Below, in pieces: positions 10,306 through 19,767 of a stretch of DNA of 64,000 nucleotides. The translations under genes and the position numbers were made by a program. The notes under the pieces were generated by a model. The model ran no database searches, was not told where the DNA came from, and saw only the letters and a program-made list of their open reading frames with translations. Numbering within the stretch: the first letter of the stretch is position 1; the number at the start of each line of letters is the position of its first letter. The stretch covers positions 160,001-224,000 of IMG/VR virus record IMGVR_UViG_3300013947_000019. One strand, written 5' to 3'. The DNA is from a virus (lineage: Duplodnaviria > Caudoviricetes).

Positions 10306-10466
10306 ACTGGAACCTCCATAGGCATCCTCTCACCCACATAAGTAAACGTATCTTCCGGATGTGCTTTCTGATACTCATGTAATTCTGTCTTGGGAACACT
10401 CATCGTTTTCCCAAACTCCGAGATCATATAAAATCTCAGATTCTTCCCATATACATACCATTTCAT
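10302..10466 (-). CDS. Small 54-aa protein absent from the ORF track (MKWYVYGKNLRFY...MEVPV)
   Basis: AAGGAGG RBS; ATGA overlap with the next gene; first gene after the promoter motif at 10522. Confidence 0.7.
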   Translation of the reverse strand: MKWYVYGKNLRFYMISEFGKTMSVPKTELHEYQKAHPEDTFTYVGERMPMEVPV

Positions 10467-10521
10467 ATTGGTACCTCCTTATAAAATATGATAGAAAGTT
10501 TTCATTTACTTTCTTCACTTA

Positions 10522-10531
10522 TATAATATAT
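10522..10531 (-). promoter_or_regulatory. Putative early promoter ATATATTATA
   Basis: Repeated motif heading the operon that includes ppk1. Confidence 0.5.
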
Positions 10532-10608
10532 ACTTCAAATATAATTGCTTATCGGAACTAAAAGAGGAGACCTTTTCAGGCCTCCTCATATTTAGTGTTA
10601 ATTAGATA

Positions 10609-11847
10609 TTAGATTTTAACAAGTTTCTCCCAAGTAGCGGGATTTACTGTACCACGAGTAAAAACAGTACCAATTCTGAAGTCAGACTGGAATCTCTTCA
10701 GAGCTGCCATCATATTAGGACCAAATACACCATCCAATGTGCTAACATCATAGCCATTTGCGACAAGTAAACCCTGTGCAAGCATCGTCAATTTACCGCT
10801 GCATCCATAATGAAGAGTATCACAAGCAGCCTTTGTCTTCGGGCCCCAGATACCATCTACAGACAACTTAGCATTTACCTGACGATTTAATTCGGTCTGC
10901 AGTGCTTTAATAGTTCCCTTACGAGAAGCAGGGCCCCAGATACCATCAACAACAAGACCCGTCTTATATCCATTATTCAGCCAAGTCTGGAATTGTTTTA
11001 ACAAACGAATCTTAGTAGGTTGACAAACTTCTTCGGTAGGATCTTCTTTTTCATCTGTAGTAGGAGTAGTAGGTGTCGTCGGCTGAGTAGGAGTTACAAC
11101 AACAGGAGTAACCTTCTTCTTATGAGATTCCTGCAGAACCTTAATAGTAGCAGCACCAATAATACCATCAGCTTCCAACTTATTAGCAGTCTGGAACTGT
11201 TTCGTAGCATTCATAGAAGCAGGACCAAAAGCTCCATCAATACTGATATCATACTTCTGGATTAGCTTTAATTCAAACTGAGCCCAATATGCAGCAGTGC
11301 CAGTAGTACCATTCTTTACCAATGTAGGAACAGGGAAGGGATTATCCAAAGTCTCAATAGACTCATAAGGAAGAGCACCATAACCAGCAATGTAAGCGCT
11401 GGTAGTAGAATAGCTCTTATGGCGTACAGTACTATTGGTGGAGTTACCTTCAATCGTATATACAGTATTACCAACAACCTTCTCTACAAATCCTACATGA
11501 TGGAAAGTTCCATTACGTTGACCATTCCAATTAAAGAAGATCAGATCTGCAGGCTTAGGAGTATATGCAGTAGGACTCTTTCCAAACTTTGTAGGAATCA
11601 AGAACTCACGGTTTACAGTAGTACAACCAGCAAAGTTCGGGCAAACCCAAGTAGGAACATTGTTTGTACGCAGATGATAGGTAACAAAAATTGCACAATA
11701 TGGAGTACTTGACAAAGAGAAGTTCGTTCCACAAAGATTATTGTAATAACGAATAAACTCGTCATCACCAGTACCAGTACCACCAACAAGTCCAACACAC
11801 TTCATTGCAGCAGCGACAATTGTATCACGAATAGCAGCATAAGCCAT
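10609..11847 (-). CDS. Endolysin: CHAP domain plus peptidoglycan-binding repeats
   Basis: PYCAIFV (Cys), HHVGFV (His), TIEGNS; PG_binding_1-like DGAFGP/DGIWGP/DGVFGP repeats; PT-rich linker. Confidence 0.9.
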   Translation of the reverse strand: MAYAAIRDTIVAAAMKCVGLVGGTGTGDDEFIRYYNNLCGTNFSLSSTPYCAIFVTYHLRTNNVPTWVCPNFAGCTTVNREFLIPTKFGKSPTAYTPKPADLIFFNWNGQRNGTFHHVGFVEKVVGNTVYTIEGNSTNSTVRHKSYSTTSAYIAGYGALPYESIETLDNPFPVPTLVKNGTTGTAAYWAQFELKLIQKYDISIDGAFGPASMNATKQFQTANKLEADGIIGAATIKVLQESHKKKVTPVVVTPTQPTTPTTPTTDEKEDPTEEVCQPTKIRLLKQFQTWLNNGYKTGLVVDGIWGPASRKGTIKALQTELNRQVNAKLSVDGIWGPKTKAACDTLHYGCSGKLTMLAQGLLVANGYDVSTLDGVFGPNMMAALKRFQSDFRIGTVFTRGTVNPATWEKLVKI

Positions 11848-11895
11848 ATAAATGGCCTCCTTTCTATTTAATATACATATTAAAATATGGGAGGA

Positions 11896-12046
11896 ATAGC
11901 AGTCACCAGAATGTCATCTATATCACTTTTACAAGGAGGTAAAATGGCAAGACAAGCTTTCAAACGGTTCAGAGGAAAAGGAACAGAAAGGATGACAATA
12001 ACCTATAATATTCACTCATACTTATAGGGTTTCTGATGACTGCTAT
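11896..12046. ncRNA. Candidate structured RNA or regulatory leader
   Basis: 15/16-bp closing inverted repeat (11896-11911 / 12031-12046), nested TGTCATC/GATGACA, internal hairpins. Confidence 0.35.
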
Positions 12047-12072
12047 ATAGTAATGTCAAGCCGAAATAGCAC

Positions 12073-12086
12073 AACAATAGTATAAT
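12073..12086 (+). promoter_or_regulatory. Putative late promoter (ACA-N4-TATAA)
   Basis: AACAATAGTATAAT; the motif recurs about 13 times upstream of structural and lysis genes. Confidence 0.6.
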
Positions 12087-12116
12087 GACAACTAACGGAA
12101 GGAGGGACTTCTGATC

Positions 12117-12797
12117 ATGGGAATGAATCCAAGTACCTATAAACAAGTAGTAGAAAATATGGAAAAAGTTGCTCAGCTGGTTGATGAATTGAAAACATTA
12201 ACTGGTAAAGTTGATACTGATGAAGAGTCTATTAAAAGTCTTTCTGATAAGATCGATGCAATGTCCAAAGAACTTGGCGATCTGACTGATCTTCCGATGA
12301 CTGTGAAAGAGATGTATGATGTCATTAAGGAAGTTGAAGATAAAGTTCTGAATCCTGATCCTACTACGAACACTGGTGATATTGTCAGCACGGATGATGG
12401 AGTGAAGGTAGTTGGTGTTCATACGAATACCACTAATAAAGATTCTGACACTGCTCCTAATAGCTATAAGCAAGGCTTGACCCTTGAGTTGAAGAAAGCT
12501 GAAGTGATTGGACTGAAAGGACAGGATGGTATCACGAAGGATTATATCTTTGTGATTACGCTCAATCAAGATACTGCAATTGCCGGTGAAACCGCAGTTG
12601 CCAGTGGTAAGTATTCCATCCAGCAGATTGCTTACGGAGATACTGCTGGTATTGAATATTCTCGTGTGAGCACCAGTGATACAAAGTGGGGCGATTGGTC
12701 TAAGATGTCAGGTGAAGGCGGCAATCAGTTTGTACAATCTGATACTGAACCTACTGACCAAAAGGCTGGGGATTATTGGTGTGAGCCTATTAAGTGA
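12117..12797 (+). CDS. Putative virion/tail-fibre-associated protein
   Basis: Coiled-coil N-terminus, KWGDWSK motif, C-terminal DTEPTDQKAGDYW shared with the next gene. Confidence 0.65.
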   Translation: MGMNPSTYKQVVENMEKVAQLVDELKTLTGKVDTDEESIKSLSDKIDAMSKELGDLTDLPMTVKEMYDVIKEVEDKVLNPDPTTNTGDIVSTDDGVKVVGVHTNTTNKDSDTAPNSYKQGLTLELKKAEVIGLKGQDGITKDYIFVITLNQDTAIAGETAVASGKYSIQQIAYGDTAGIEYSRVSTSDTKWGDWSKMSGEGGNQFVQSDTEPTDQKAGDYWCEPIK

Positions 12798-12888
12798 TAA
12801 CTATAGAATCACTTAATATAAATTTAAGTTTCTGTTATGTACAATCACTCATGGGGTGACAATCTATGTAAAAAATTATGATTAAGGA

Positions 12889-14154
12889 GTGAATATTAAA
12901 ATGGCCAAGTATATTACTTATCGTTTTAAATCTTTCAATGGTACGGATTATGATACCTATCATCTGGAATCTCGTTCCAGCATGATCCTGCGTTTCAATT
13001 CTGATGGTGCTCAGCAGACTGGCGATAAGGCCACTGTTGAGTCTTCTCTGGCTGCTCTGGAGAGCACTGTTGCTGGTATTGTTTCTACTGGCGGCGAGAA
13101 AAATAAGATTAATGCTATCACTGCTAATGGTACCGCATGTACAATTACGGATACGACTGCTACGATTCCTGCTGCTACTGCTTCTGCTTGGGGTGTTGTT
13201 AAGGTTGATACTGCGCTGAATGCATCTTCTACCAACCCTGTTCAGAATAAGGCTATTAATACTGCACTGGGTCTCAAAGCTGATAAGACCACTCTGAATA
13301 GTTATATTCCCACTTCTAAGATGGGTATTGCCAGCGGTGTTGCTACTTTGGATACTACTGGTAAAGTTCCTTCTGCCCAGCTGCCTTCTTATGTTGATGA
13401 TGTTCTGGAATATGATAAGTTAGCTTCTTTCCCTGAAACTGGTGAGACTGGTAAGATTTACATTGCTAAGGATACCAACGTAACATATCGTTGGGGTGGT
13501 ACTGGGTATGTTGAGATCTCTGCTTCTCTGGCTCTGGGTACGACTTCTTCTACTGCTTACTATGGTGATAAGGGTAAGGTTGCTTATGAGCATTCCCAGT
13601 CTGCACATGCTCGTACAGATGCTACTGCTACTGCAGCTTCTACTAACAATGGTAAGATTAAGATTAATGGTAGTGATGTAACTGTTTATACGCATCCTGG
13701 CTATACTGCTAAGACTTCTGCTCTGTATAAGATCACGGTTGATGCGCTGGGTCATGTTTCTGCTACCGCTGCTGTTGCCAAGGGTGATCTGACTGGTATT
13801 ATTGGTAACTTTGGCGCTGCTTCTTCTTCTGCTGCTGGTTCTACCGGTCTGGTTCCTGCTCCTGCTAAGGGTGATCAGAGTAAGTTCCTGCGTGCTGATG
13901 GTACCTGGGTTGTTCCCACTGATACCAATACGGATACCAAGAATACTGCTGGTTCTACTAATGATGCAGCTAAGCTGTTCCTGGTTGGTGCTAAGAGTCA
14001 GGCGGCTAACCCGCAGACATTCTCTAACAGCAGTGTCTATGCTACTGCTGGTCGTATCTATAGTAATAATCGTATGGTTATTGATGTTCAGACCGGTAGC
14101 ACCCAGCCTACTAATCAGTCCGCTGGTGATCTGTGGTTTGAGACCGTTTCCTGA
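12889..14154 (+). CDS. Tail fibre-like structural protein (proximal fibre)
   Basis: GVATLD.TGKVPSAQLPSYVDDVLEY, STNPVQNK and KFLRADGTW modules typical of Firmicutes phage fibres; strongly biased codons; probable start ATG 12901. Confidence 0.75.
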   Translation: MNIKMAKYITYRFKSFNGTDYDTYHLESRSSMILRFNSDGAQQTGDKATVESSLAALESTVAGIVSTGGEKNKINAITANGTACTITDTTATIPAATASAWGVVKVDTALNASSTNPVQNKAINTALGLKADKTTLNSYIPTSKMGIASGVATLDTTGKVPSAQLPSYVDDVLEYDKLASFPETGETGKIYIAKDTNVTYRWGGTGYVEISASLALGTTSSTAYYGDKGKVAYEHSQSAHARTDATATAASTNNGKIKINGSDVTVYTHPGYTAKTSALYKITVDALGHVSATAAVAKGDLTGIIGNFGAASSSAAGSTGLVPAPAKGDQSKFLRADGTWVVPTDTNTDTKNTAGSTNDAAKLFLVGAKSQAANPQTFSNSSVYATAGRIYSNNRMVIDVQTGSTQPTNQSAGDLWFETVS

Positions 14155-14171
14155 TTTATTTCGAGTTTATA

Positions 14172-14196
14172 TAGGGGACTCGTTTTGAGTCCCCTA
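14172..14196 (+). terminator. Intrinsic terminator
   Basis: TAGGGGACTC / GAGTCCCCTA stem. Confidence 0.65.
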
Positions 14197-14215
14197 ATCG
14201 AAAAAGAATAACATA

Positions 14216-14229
14216 AACGTTTTTATAAT
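14216..14229 (+). promoter_or_regulatory. Late-promoter variant upstream of the fibre expression locus
   Basis: AACG-TTTT-TATAAT, one mismatch to ACA-N4-TATAA. Confidence 0.45.
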
Positions 14230-14253
14230 ACAATAAATTTATAAAAGGAGTGA

Positions 14254-15462
14254 ATGCACATGGCGACGTTAAAGCAGCGGCTGAATCGCAAGAACTCCAG
14301 TGGAACGTATGATACCGTTTATCTGGAGACTTCTTCCGAAGTCGTTAAAAGACCGTCTGGTACGACGGTTGAAAGTGATTTAACCAATTATCTGCCAAAA
14401 GTCCAAGACTCGGATTCTGTGCCAGAAAGCCTAACGCACGGCCAGCTCTGTACTGGCCTAAATAAGGGTTTCTTGAGACTTAATAATTCTACAATACAAT
14501 TAGCGAGTCAATCTAGTATAGATACTCTTAGTGGTAATATATCTACAATAAACAATGAAATATCAAGTTTAAAATCCTCTGTCAGTAATGGCAAAAGTTT
14601 AATTGCCGCAGCGGTAACTGACAAGGGAGTACCAACCGCTGCATCTGATAGTTTTACTACTATGAGTAATAATATCAGAAAGATTAATGATCCAGTACCA
14701 GTTCAATCTCTTCCTGAAGGATATACCCAGGTTAATTATATATTAACAGATGGAAAAGCTTATATTGATAGCGGAATATCTAACTTTTTGATACGTTCAT
14801 TAATAACTAATACAAACTGGTATCAGCATTTTTCGCTTAGGTATATATTTTCTATACCAAACGCAGATACTATACCAGATGTATCTCTTGTTACAGATGC
14901 TTTTAGAATATTTGGTAATACTGTATTTAATATTAGTTGTTACAAAAATACAACTGGATACAGCAATAATAGTATATCTAAATGCGATGAAAATGATAAT
15001 AAACGATTTACAATACGATTATATCCAATTGCGACAGATTCATATGTAATCAATACTCTTATAACAACACTAAGTGATACTATAATTGATTATAAACTTA
15101 TGTCAAGTGTAGGATATGGTGGAGGAAACTATTATTGTAATATGCAAAATTATATAGGTAATACAAGCACAGGATCCAATATAGAAACGAAAAGAATGGG
15201 TAATGATTCTAATTCTTTCTATCTTGGACGAGGATTAGTATCAAGAATGCCCGAATCTATACCATCTAAAATTTATCTATTTAATTTATCATATTGTCCT
15301 AGAGATATTACTCCTCAAAACTATAATCCAGCAACTGATATTATAGAATATTCTAATATGATACCTTGCATTAATCCTTCTGGTGAAGTCGGAATGTATG
15401 ACACGGTAAGACAACGATTCTTTGGTAATGCTAACACTGAAGGTAGTTTTACTTATGGATAA
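14254..15462 (+). CDS. Tail fibre/receptor-binding protein at the expression locus (constant ~62-aa N-terminus plus variable cassette)
   Basis: AAAGGAG RBS; N-terminus LKQRLNRKNSSGTYDTVYLET; from G63 (GQLCTGLNKG) nearly identical at DNA level to the start of cassette 52519..54021. Confidence 0.85.
   Translation: MHMATLKQRLNRKNSSGTYDTVYLETSSEVVKRPSGTTVESDLTNYLPKVQDSDSVPESLTHGQLCTGLNKGFLRLNNSTIQLASQSSIDTLSGNISTINNEISSLKSSVSNGKSLIAAAVTDKGVPTAASDSFTTMSNNIRKINDPVPVQSLPEGYTQVNYILTDGKAYIDSGISNFLIRSLITNTNWYQHFSLRYIFSIPNADTIPDVSLVTDAFRIFGNTVFNISCYKNTTGYSNNSISKCDENDNKRFTIRLYPIATDSYVINTLITTLSDTIIDYKLMSSVGYGGGNYYCNMQNYIGNTSTGSNIETKRMGNDSNSFYLGRGLVSRMPESIPSKIYLFNLSYCPRDITPQNYNPATDIIEYSNMIPCINPSGEVGMYDTVRQRFFGNANTEGSFTYG
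14422..14445 (+). repeat. Putative recombination site in the expression locus
   Basis: CCAGAAAGCCT-AACGCAC-GGCCAG, same register as the cassette sites (CCRGA-N4-CT-N7-GGC). Confidence 0.7.
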
Positions 15463-15466
15463 GAAA

Positions 15467-15489
15467 TCCCCTCCCAAATTGGGAGGGGA
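15467..15489. terminator. Bidirectional terminator between convergent fibre genes
   Basis: TCCCCTCCC / GGGAGGGGA stem. Confidence 0.75.
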
Positions 15490-15499
15490 AATCTTTTTG

Positions 15500-15796
15500 T
15501 TAGCTTTGTTTAGTAGCATTGGCTTTTAGCCATGTGAAAAACACATCAGAACAAGTTGCACCTTCAGAGAATGTAATAGTGTGATCAGAACCATTCCATC
15601 TCTTAGTATCAAAGTAATACAATGTTTTTCCACCAACCCCAGCATTTAAACTTACATCTCTGTTTGAAACTGGATCAATAACTATGCTTGTATATTTGGA
15701 GCCAGCATGTGTTACATCTATCTTCTCAGTGAGTTTAGCCTCAGTAGGATATAATGTATCATTTAACAGCCAAGTACCAGCTAATGTTACAGTCTC
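15500..15796 (-). pseudogene. Start-less 98-codon continuation of the 669-aa fibre in the -1 frame (ETVTLAGTWLLN...FFTWLKANATKQS)
   Basis: Fills the gap to the terminator; joins 15787..17796 if one extra G is added at GGG 15796-15798. Confidence 0.65.
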
Positions 15797-17796
15797 CCGC
15801 TAAGAGAAATATCAATACAAATATGAGGTCTGAATCCTAAGGTTACGCTATAATGATTACTACTAATAGCGCCATCACTATCAACTGAATCATTATACCC
15901 AGATGAAGATGAAGTAAGAGCCCACCAATAAGAAGCTTCTCCCTTGTATCTACAAATACGATTAGCATTATTTTTATAATAACTAAATCCGCTATTTAAT
16001 TGTGTTCTTGATGGTAAAAATACCTTTCCAGTATAGCTATCTATAGTTTGAGCTACCATATAATTTTGAGCAGTACTAGAGAAATTAGAAAGATATTCTG
16101 TACATTTAGTAGTTAATACTGTAGATGTACATTCTTCAACGATAGTACTATTAGCCAAATACCATTTCGTTCCCTCATTATGAACTACTAAGAAGCTCTT
16201 ATCATCAAACGTTACGGTATTACCAACAACAAGATCACCAGTCAGAGGAATATTAGTAGATTGAGGCTTTGCTTTTCGAATACAAACAATACCTGAACCA
16301 CCTTTGCCGCCAGAAGAATAACTTGCTGAATTAGTACCTTGACCGCCGCCACCACCACCACCAGTATTAGCCATTCCTGCACCTGCTGGATATTTATAGT
16401 TTCCTCCATTACCTCCTCCACCTTTACCACCAGAACCTGCACCACCATTTACATCATAATCAGCGATATTAGTAGAGTTGCATCCTCCACCACCTCCGCC
16501 TGCGTACAGCTTACCGGAAGATTCTCCAAATTCTCTAGTGGTAGTACCTTGACCAGATCCAGCAGAAGTACTTGCACCATCAGAACCACCTTTACCACCA
16601 GTATATGCACCACCATCACCACCAGCAGAGCCTCCATCAGCAGTAGTAGAATTAGTTCTTCCTCCCTTACCACCATTAGCTGAAAGAATATTACCAAAAC
16701 TTGTAGTTTCTCCATTAGATCCAGTAGAACCATTAGCTCCACCATTACCAATTGTGACATCAATTCTTGTATTTGCTGTAATTTTATTATTAAGACGTGT
16801 AGCAGTATATCCTCCTCCTCCACCAGAAGATCCGGAAGTACTAGAGCGATTTCCGCCTCCTCCACCGCCACCAACACAGAAAATATCAATATTATTATCA
16901 TCTAATAATTTAAACTCACCAGAACTTAATAACTCAACAACACCATCTTCAAATCGAATTCGATAATCACCAGTATAAGTAAAATCAAGCCCAGAGTTAT
17001 TGATATTAATTACAATATGCGGACGGAAGCCATTCCCTAATGTTGGAGTAGAACTTCCAGTTATTTCACCAGATGCATATACATAACGCATACCATTAGA
17101 AGATGTCCCATATCTATCTGACATCCACCAAGCTCTAGCTGAATCATTATAATTACAAATACGGTTTGTATTGCTATTATAATACTCAAATCCTCCATTA
17201 CACTGATCATATGTAGGAACAAATACCTTAGCAGTAACATATTCCACAGTTACATCTAAGCAGTATTCCTTAGCAATAGTACTTAGCTGCTCACTCTCAT
17301 ATGTACTAGCAACATTAGCAAGTGTAGAATTTTTATATGCTAAGTTTCCAGTGCTAAAAGAAGTTATACTATAGATATCTTTTGCGGCTAAATACCAATG
17401 TGTACCTTCCTGATGAACAACTCTCCAAGATTTATTGTCAAAGGTGACCAAGTTGCCAACTGCCAAGTCACCAACCAAAGGGATAAAGTCATTACGGAAG
17501 TCAACAAAGTAGTCGACTGTACCACTCTTGATAGTCACTGTCTTGCTGACAGTCTTTCCACCAACGGTACCGGTAATAGACCATTCTCCTTCAGGGTTAT
17601 CTTCAGGAAGTGTGATCTTTGCTGCACCAATAGAACTGATATATTTACTATCTACAGATACACCATCTTTTACTGCAGTAAAAGTAGTAGTTGTAGCTAC
17701 TGTAGGAATAGTTAACCAAATTGAATACGTACCACCAACAGTTGAACCAGAGGTGGCATATCCAATCGATATAGCATTACCATATATGATAGCCAT
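15787..17796 (-). CDS. Receptor-binding/fibre protein: two DUF6273/C-type-lectin-like repeats flanking a glycine-rich domain
   Basis: Duplicated IPL.GDL.VGN.VTFD.KS..VVH.EGT.WYLA...WW...GFRPHI; Gly-rich VGGGGGGG...TTREFGESSGKLYAGGGGG...GSGIVCIR. Confidence 0.75.
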   Translation of the reverse strand: MAIIYGNAISIGYATSGSTVGGTYSIWLTIPTVATTTTFTAVKDGVSVDSKYISSIGAAKITLPEDNPEGEWSITGTVGGKTVSKTVTIKSGTVDYFVDFRNDFIPLVGDLAVGNLVTFDNKSWRVVHQEGTHWYLAAKDIYSITSFSTGNLAYKNSTLANVASTYESEQLSTIAKEYCLDVTVEYVTAKVFVPTYDQCNGGFEYYNSNTNRICNYNDSARAWWMSDRYGTSSNGMRYVYASGEITGSSTPTLGNGFRPHIVININNSGLDFTYTGDYRIRFEDGVVELLSSGEFKLLDDNNIDIFCVGGGGGGGNRSSTSGSSGGGGGYTATRLNNKITANTRIDVTIGNGGANGSTGSNGETTSFGNILSANGGKGGRTNSTTADGGSAGGDGGAYTGGKGGSDGASTSAGSGQGTTTREFGESSGKLYAGGGGGGCNSTNIADYDVNGGAGSGGKGGGGNGGNYKYPAGAGMANTGGGGGGGQGTNSASYSSGGKGGSGIVCIRKAKPQSTNIPLTGDLVVGNTVTFDDKSFLVVHNEGTKWYLANSTIVEECTSTVLTTKCTEYLSNFSSTAQNYMVAQTIDSYTGKVFLPSRTQLNSGFSYYKNNANRICRYKGEASYWWALTSSSSGYNDSVDSDGAISSNHYSVTLGFRPHICIDISLSGRL

Positions 17797-17867
17797 ATAA
17801 AATGGACCTCCTTTTTATATATTAAAATAGATAGGGTAGTGCTGGATGCACTACCCCACTTTTATAT

Positions 17868-19223
17868 TTAAATAGTAACCCAAGTTTCAGATGAGTCATT
17901 ATATAATTTAGCTTCCTGGGGTTGCGCTAAACCATTCTCATCACCAATATATACTGCATCTATACCCAATTCTAATTGTGTATCTGAATTATTAATAGCT
18001 TTCCACATATTAGTACTTGAATTACTTTTAATTAATAGATGATTATATTTAAGTGGAGGATTTATTGTAAAAGATGAATAAAATCCTGCAGATCTAACAC
18101 CGTGTAACAACATAACACCATTTCTAACATTCATACTATTTTCATAATCACAAATATATGGTATAGTAAGAGTTAATTTCTCAAATGTGTTATTAGTTGT
18201 ATTAAATTTATAACAGTAATCACAAGTATTTATGCCTGCTCCACCCATATCATAAAAATTCGTCATAGACTTAAAATAATATATATAATCGCCCATTACA
18301 TACACTTTACCAAATGCTACACTCTCTGGTATAGTAGCAACAACTGATATACTATTAGATGTTAAATCATACATACGTACTGAATTTACAGAATAATCAT
18401 AGTCTTGGCGATATCCAGTTGTTCCACCAAACATATACAAATATCTATTATCTTTTATACAAACTGCTTGACCACAGTATCTATAAGTAGATGTATCATA
18501 CCTAATACGCGTAAAAGTGTCTGTTGTTGTATCAAATTTATTTATATTACCATTCGTATAATTATAATCAGAACCTTCATAACCTCCAACCAAATAGATA
18601 TCTGTACCATTTCTACAACAACCCATAAGAGCAGAACTAGATAAAAATGTACTATTATCTACTTTAGTTAATGTTGGAGAATCAGTATTTGTGCCATCTA
18701 TTTTAATATATGATCTAAATGAAGCTTGTGAATAACCATTTATACCACCAAAGGAATATAATTTATGACCAACTCCTACTAGACTTACACCCCAAGAATA
18801 CGGAATTCCATAAGTGGTTAATGATGATCCATTATCTGAAATAGCCACATAAAATGTTAATTCTCCAGTATTAATATTTAATTTACAAATATTTACACCA
18901 GAATATGTAGTGCTATTTTTTGAATATTGATAATAAACATAACAAAATACACCATCATCATTATCAGCAATAGATATTATCTGATAAGAAGTAGGCGTAT
19001 TTGAAAATCCAGTAGAATTTAGTGTATATTTAAATTGCTTAATAGTATTATTGCTTAAATCAACATTGGGGGTAATTTGTATATTTATTGGATTAATACC
19101 ACTGCACCATAGTTTACTCGTATCACTCGGAGGAGTAGAACCATAATCAATATTCAATTGCACTCCTTTATTAGCACGGCTACCACCACGAATAGTAACA
19201 CCATTACCCATGATAGTTCCCAT
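17868..19223 (-). CDS. Kelch/beta-propeller receptor-binding protein
   Basis: Kelch-type LYSFGG, IYLVGG and LYMFGG repeats. Confidence 0.75.
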   Translation of the reverse strand: MGTIMGNGVTIRGGSRANKGVQLNIDYGSTPPSDTSKLWCSGINPINIQITPNVDLSNNTIKQFKYTLNSTGFSNTPTSYQIISIADNDDGVFCYVYYQYSKNSTTYSGVNICKLNINTGELTFYVAISDNGSSLTTYGIPYSWGVSLVGVGHKLYSFGGINGYSQASFRSYIKIDGTNTDSPTLTKVDNSTFLSSSALMGCCRNGTDIYLVGGYEGSDYNYTNGNINKFDTTTDTFTRIRYDTSTYRYCGQAVCIKDNRYLYMFGGTTGYRQDYDYSVNSVRMYDLTSNSISVVATIPESVAFGKVYVMGDYIYYFKSMTNFYDMGGAGINTCDYCYKFNTTNNTFEKLTLTIPYICDYENSMNVRNGVMLLHGVRSAGFYSSFTINPPLKYNHLLIKSNSSTNMWKAINNSDTQLELGIDAVYIGDENGLAQPQEAKLYNDSSETWVTI

Positions 19224-19224
19224 C

Positions 19225-19671
19225 TTACTTCACCTCCGAAACAGTAACTAAAACTGTTACATCAGTTTCAGGAACAGCATCCATACATTCAGCATGAATA
19301 GTACCATCCACATTCAAGAACTGCAGAAAGCTACTACCAGCATCCAAGAATGCGCCATATGCAACCGTGTTCAGAGTAGGATCAATCTTACTCTTAGCAG
19401 TAGTACCAGCAATGGTAACATTCTGACTATATACGACTTGATTACCACTATCAGTTCCTTCTGTCCAACTATCAGCTTTTAATACAACTTCGATATATGG
19501 ATCCTTTGTTGCATCCTTTGTAGCAAAGGTTTCAAGCTTTTGACTGACCGTTGTATTATCTGTTTCTGACATGATAACTGCATCGGCTGTAGTCTCTAAA
19601 CGGACGACATCATAACTGCCCTCCGCGTTCCTTCTGTGTAATCTCTGTTTTAGAACGGCCATTTTCACCAC
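19225..19671 (-). CDS. Fibre adaptor; paralogue of the expression-locus N-terminus
   Basis: MAVLKQRLHRRNAEGSYDVVRLET; own AAAGGAAAG RBS. Confidence 0.75.
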   Translation of the reverse strand: MVKMAVLKQRLHRRNAEGSYDVVRLETTADAVIMSETDNTTVSQKLETFATKDATKDPYIEVVLKADSWTEGTDSGNQVVYSQNVTIAGTTAKSKIDPTLNTVAYGAFLDAGSSFLQFLNVDGTIHAECMDAVPETDVTVLVTVSEVK

Positions 19672-19729
19672 TTTCCTTTCTAAAACCCCTTCAGAGGGTA
19701 GTTTAGAGCAAAATGCACTTTTGGACTTT

Positions 19730-19753
19730 ATCTGCCAAAAACTAGAAAATCGG
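19730..19753 (-). repeat. Degenerate cassette site G
   Basis: CCGATTTTCT-AGTTTTT-GGCAGA, same spacing as site D. Confidence 0.55.
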
Positions 19754-19767
19754 ATCGATTAAGATAT

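Noticed and set aside
15787-17796. Diversity-generating retroelement suggested by lectin-like GFRP-ending domains
   Set aside because: No reverse transcriptase in the window. The two repeats differ at all base types, not only adenines, so there is no TR/VR pair here.
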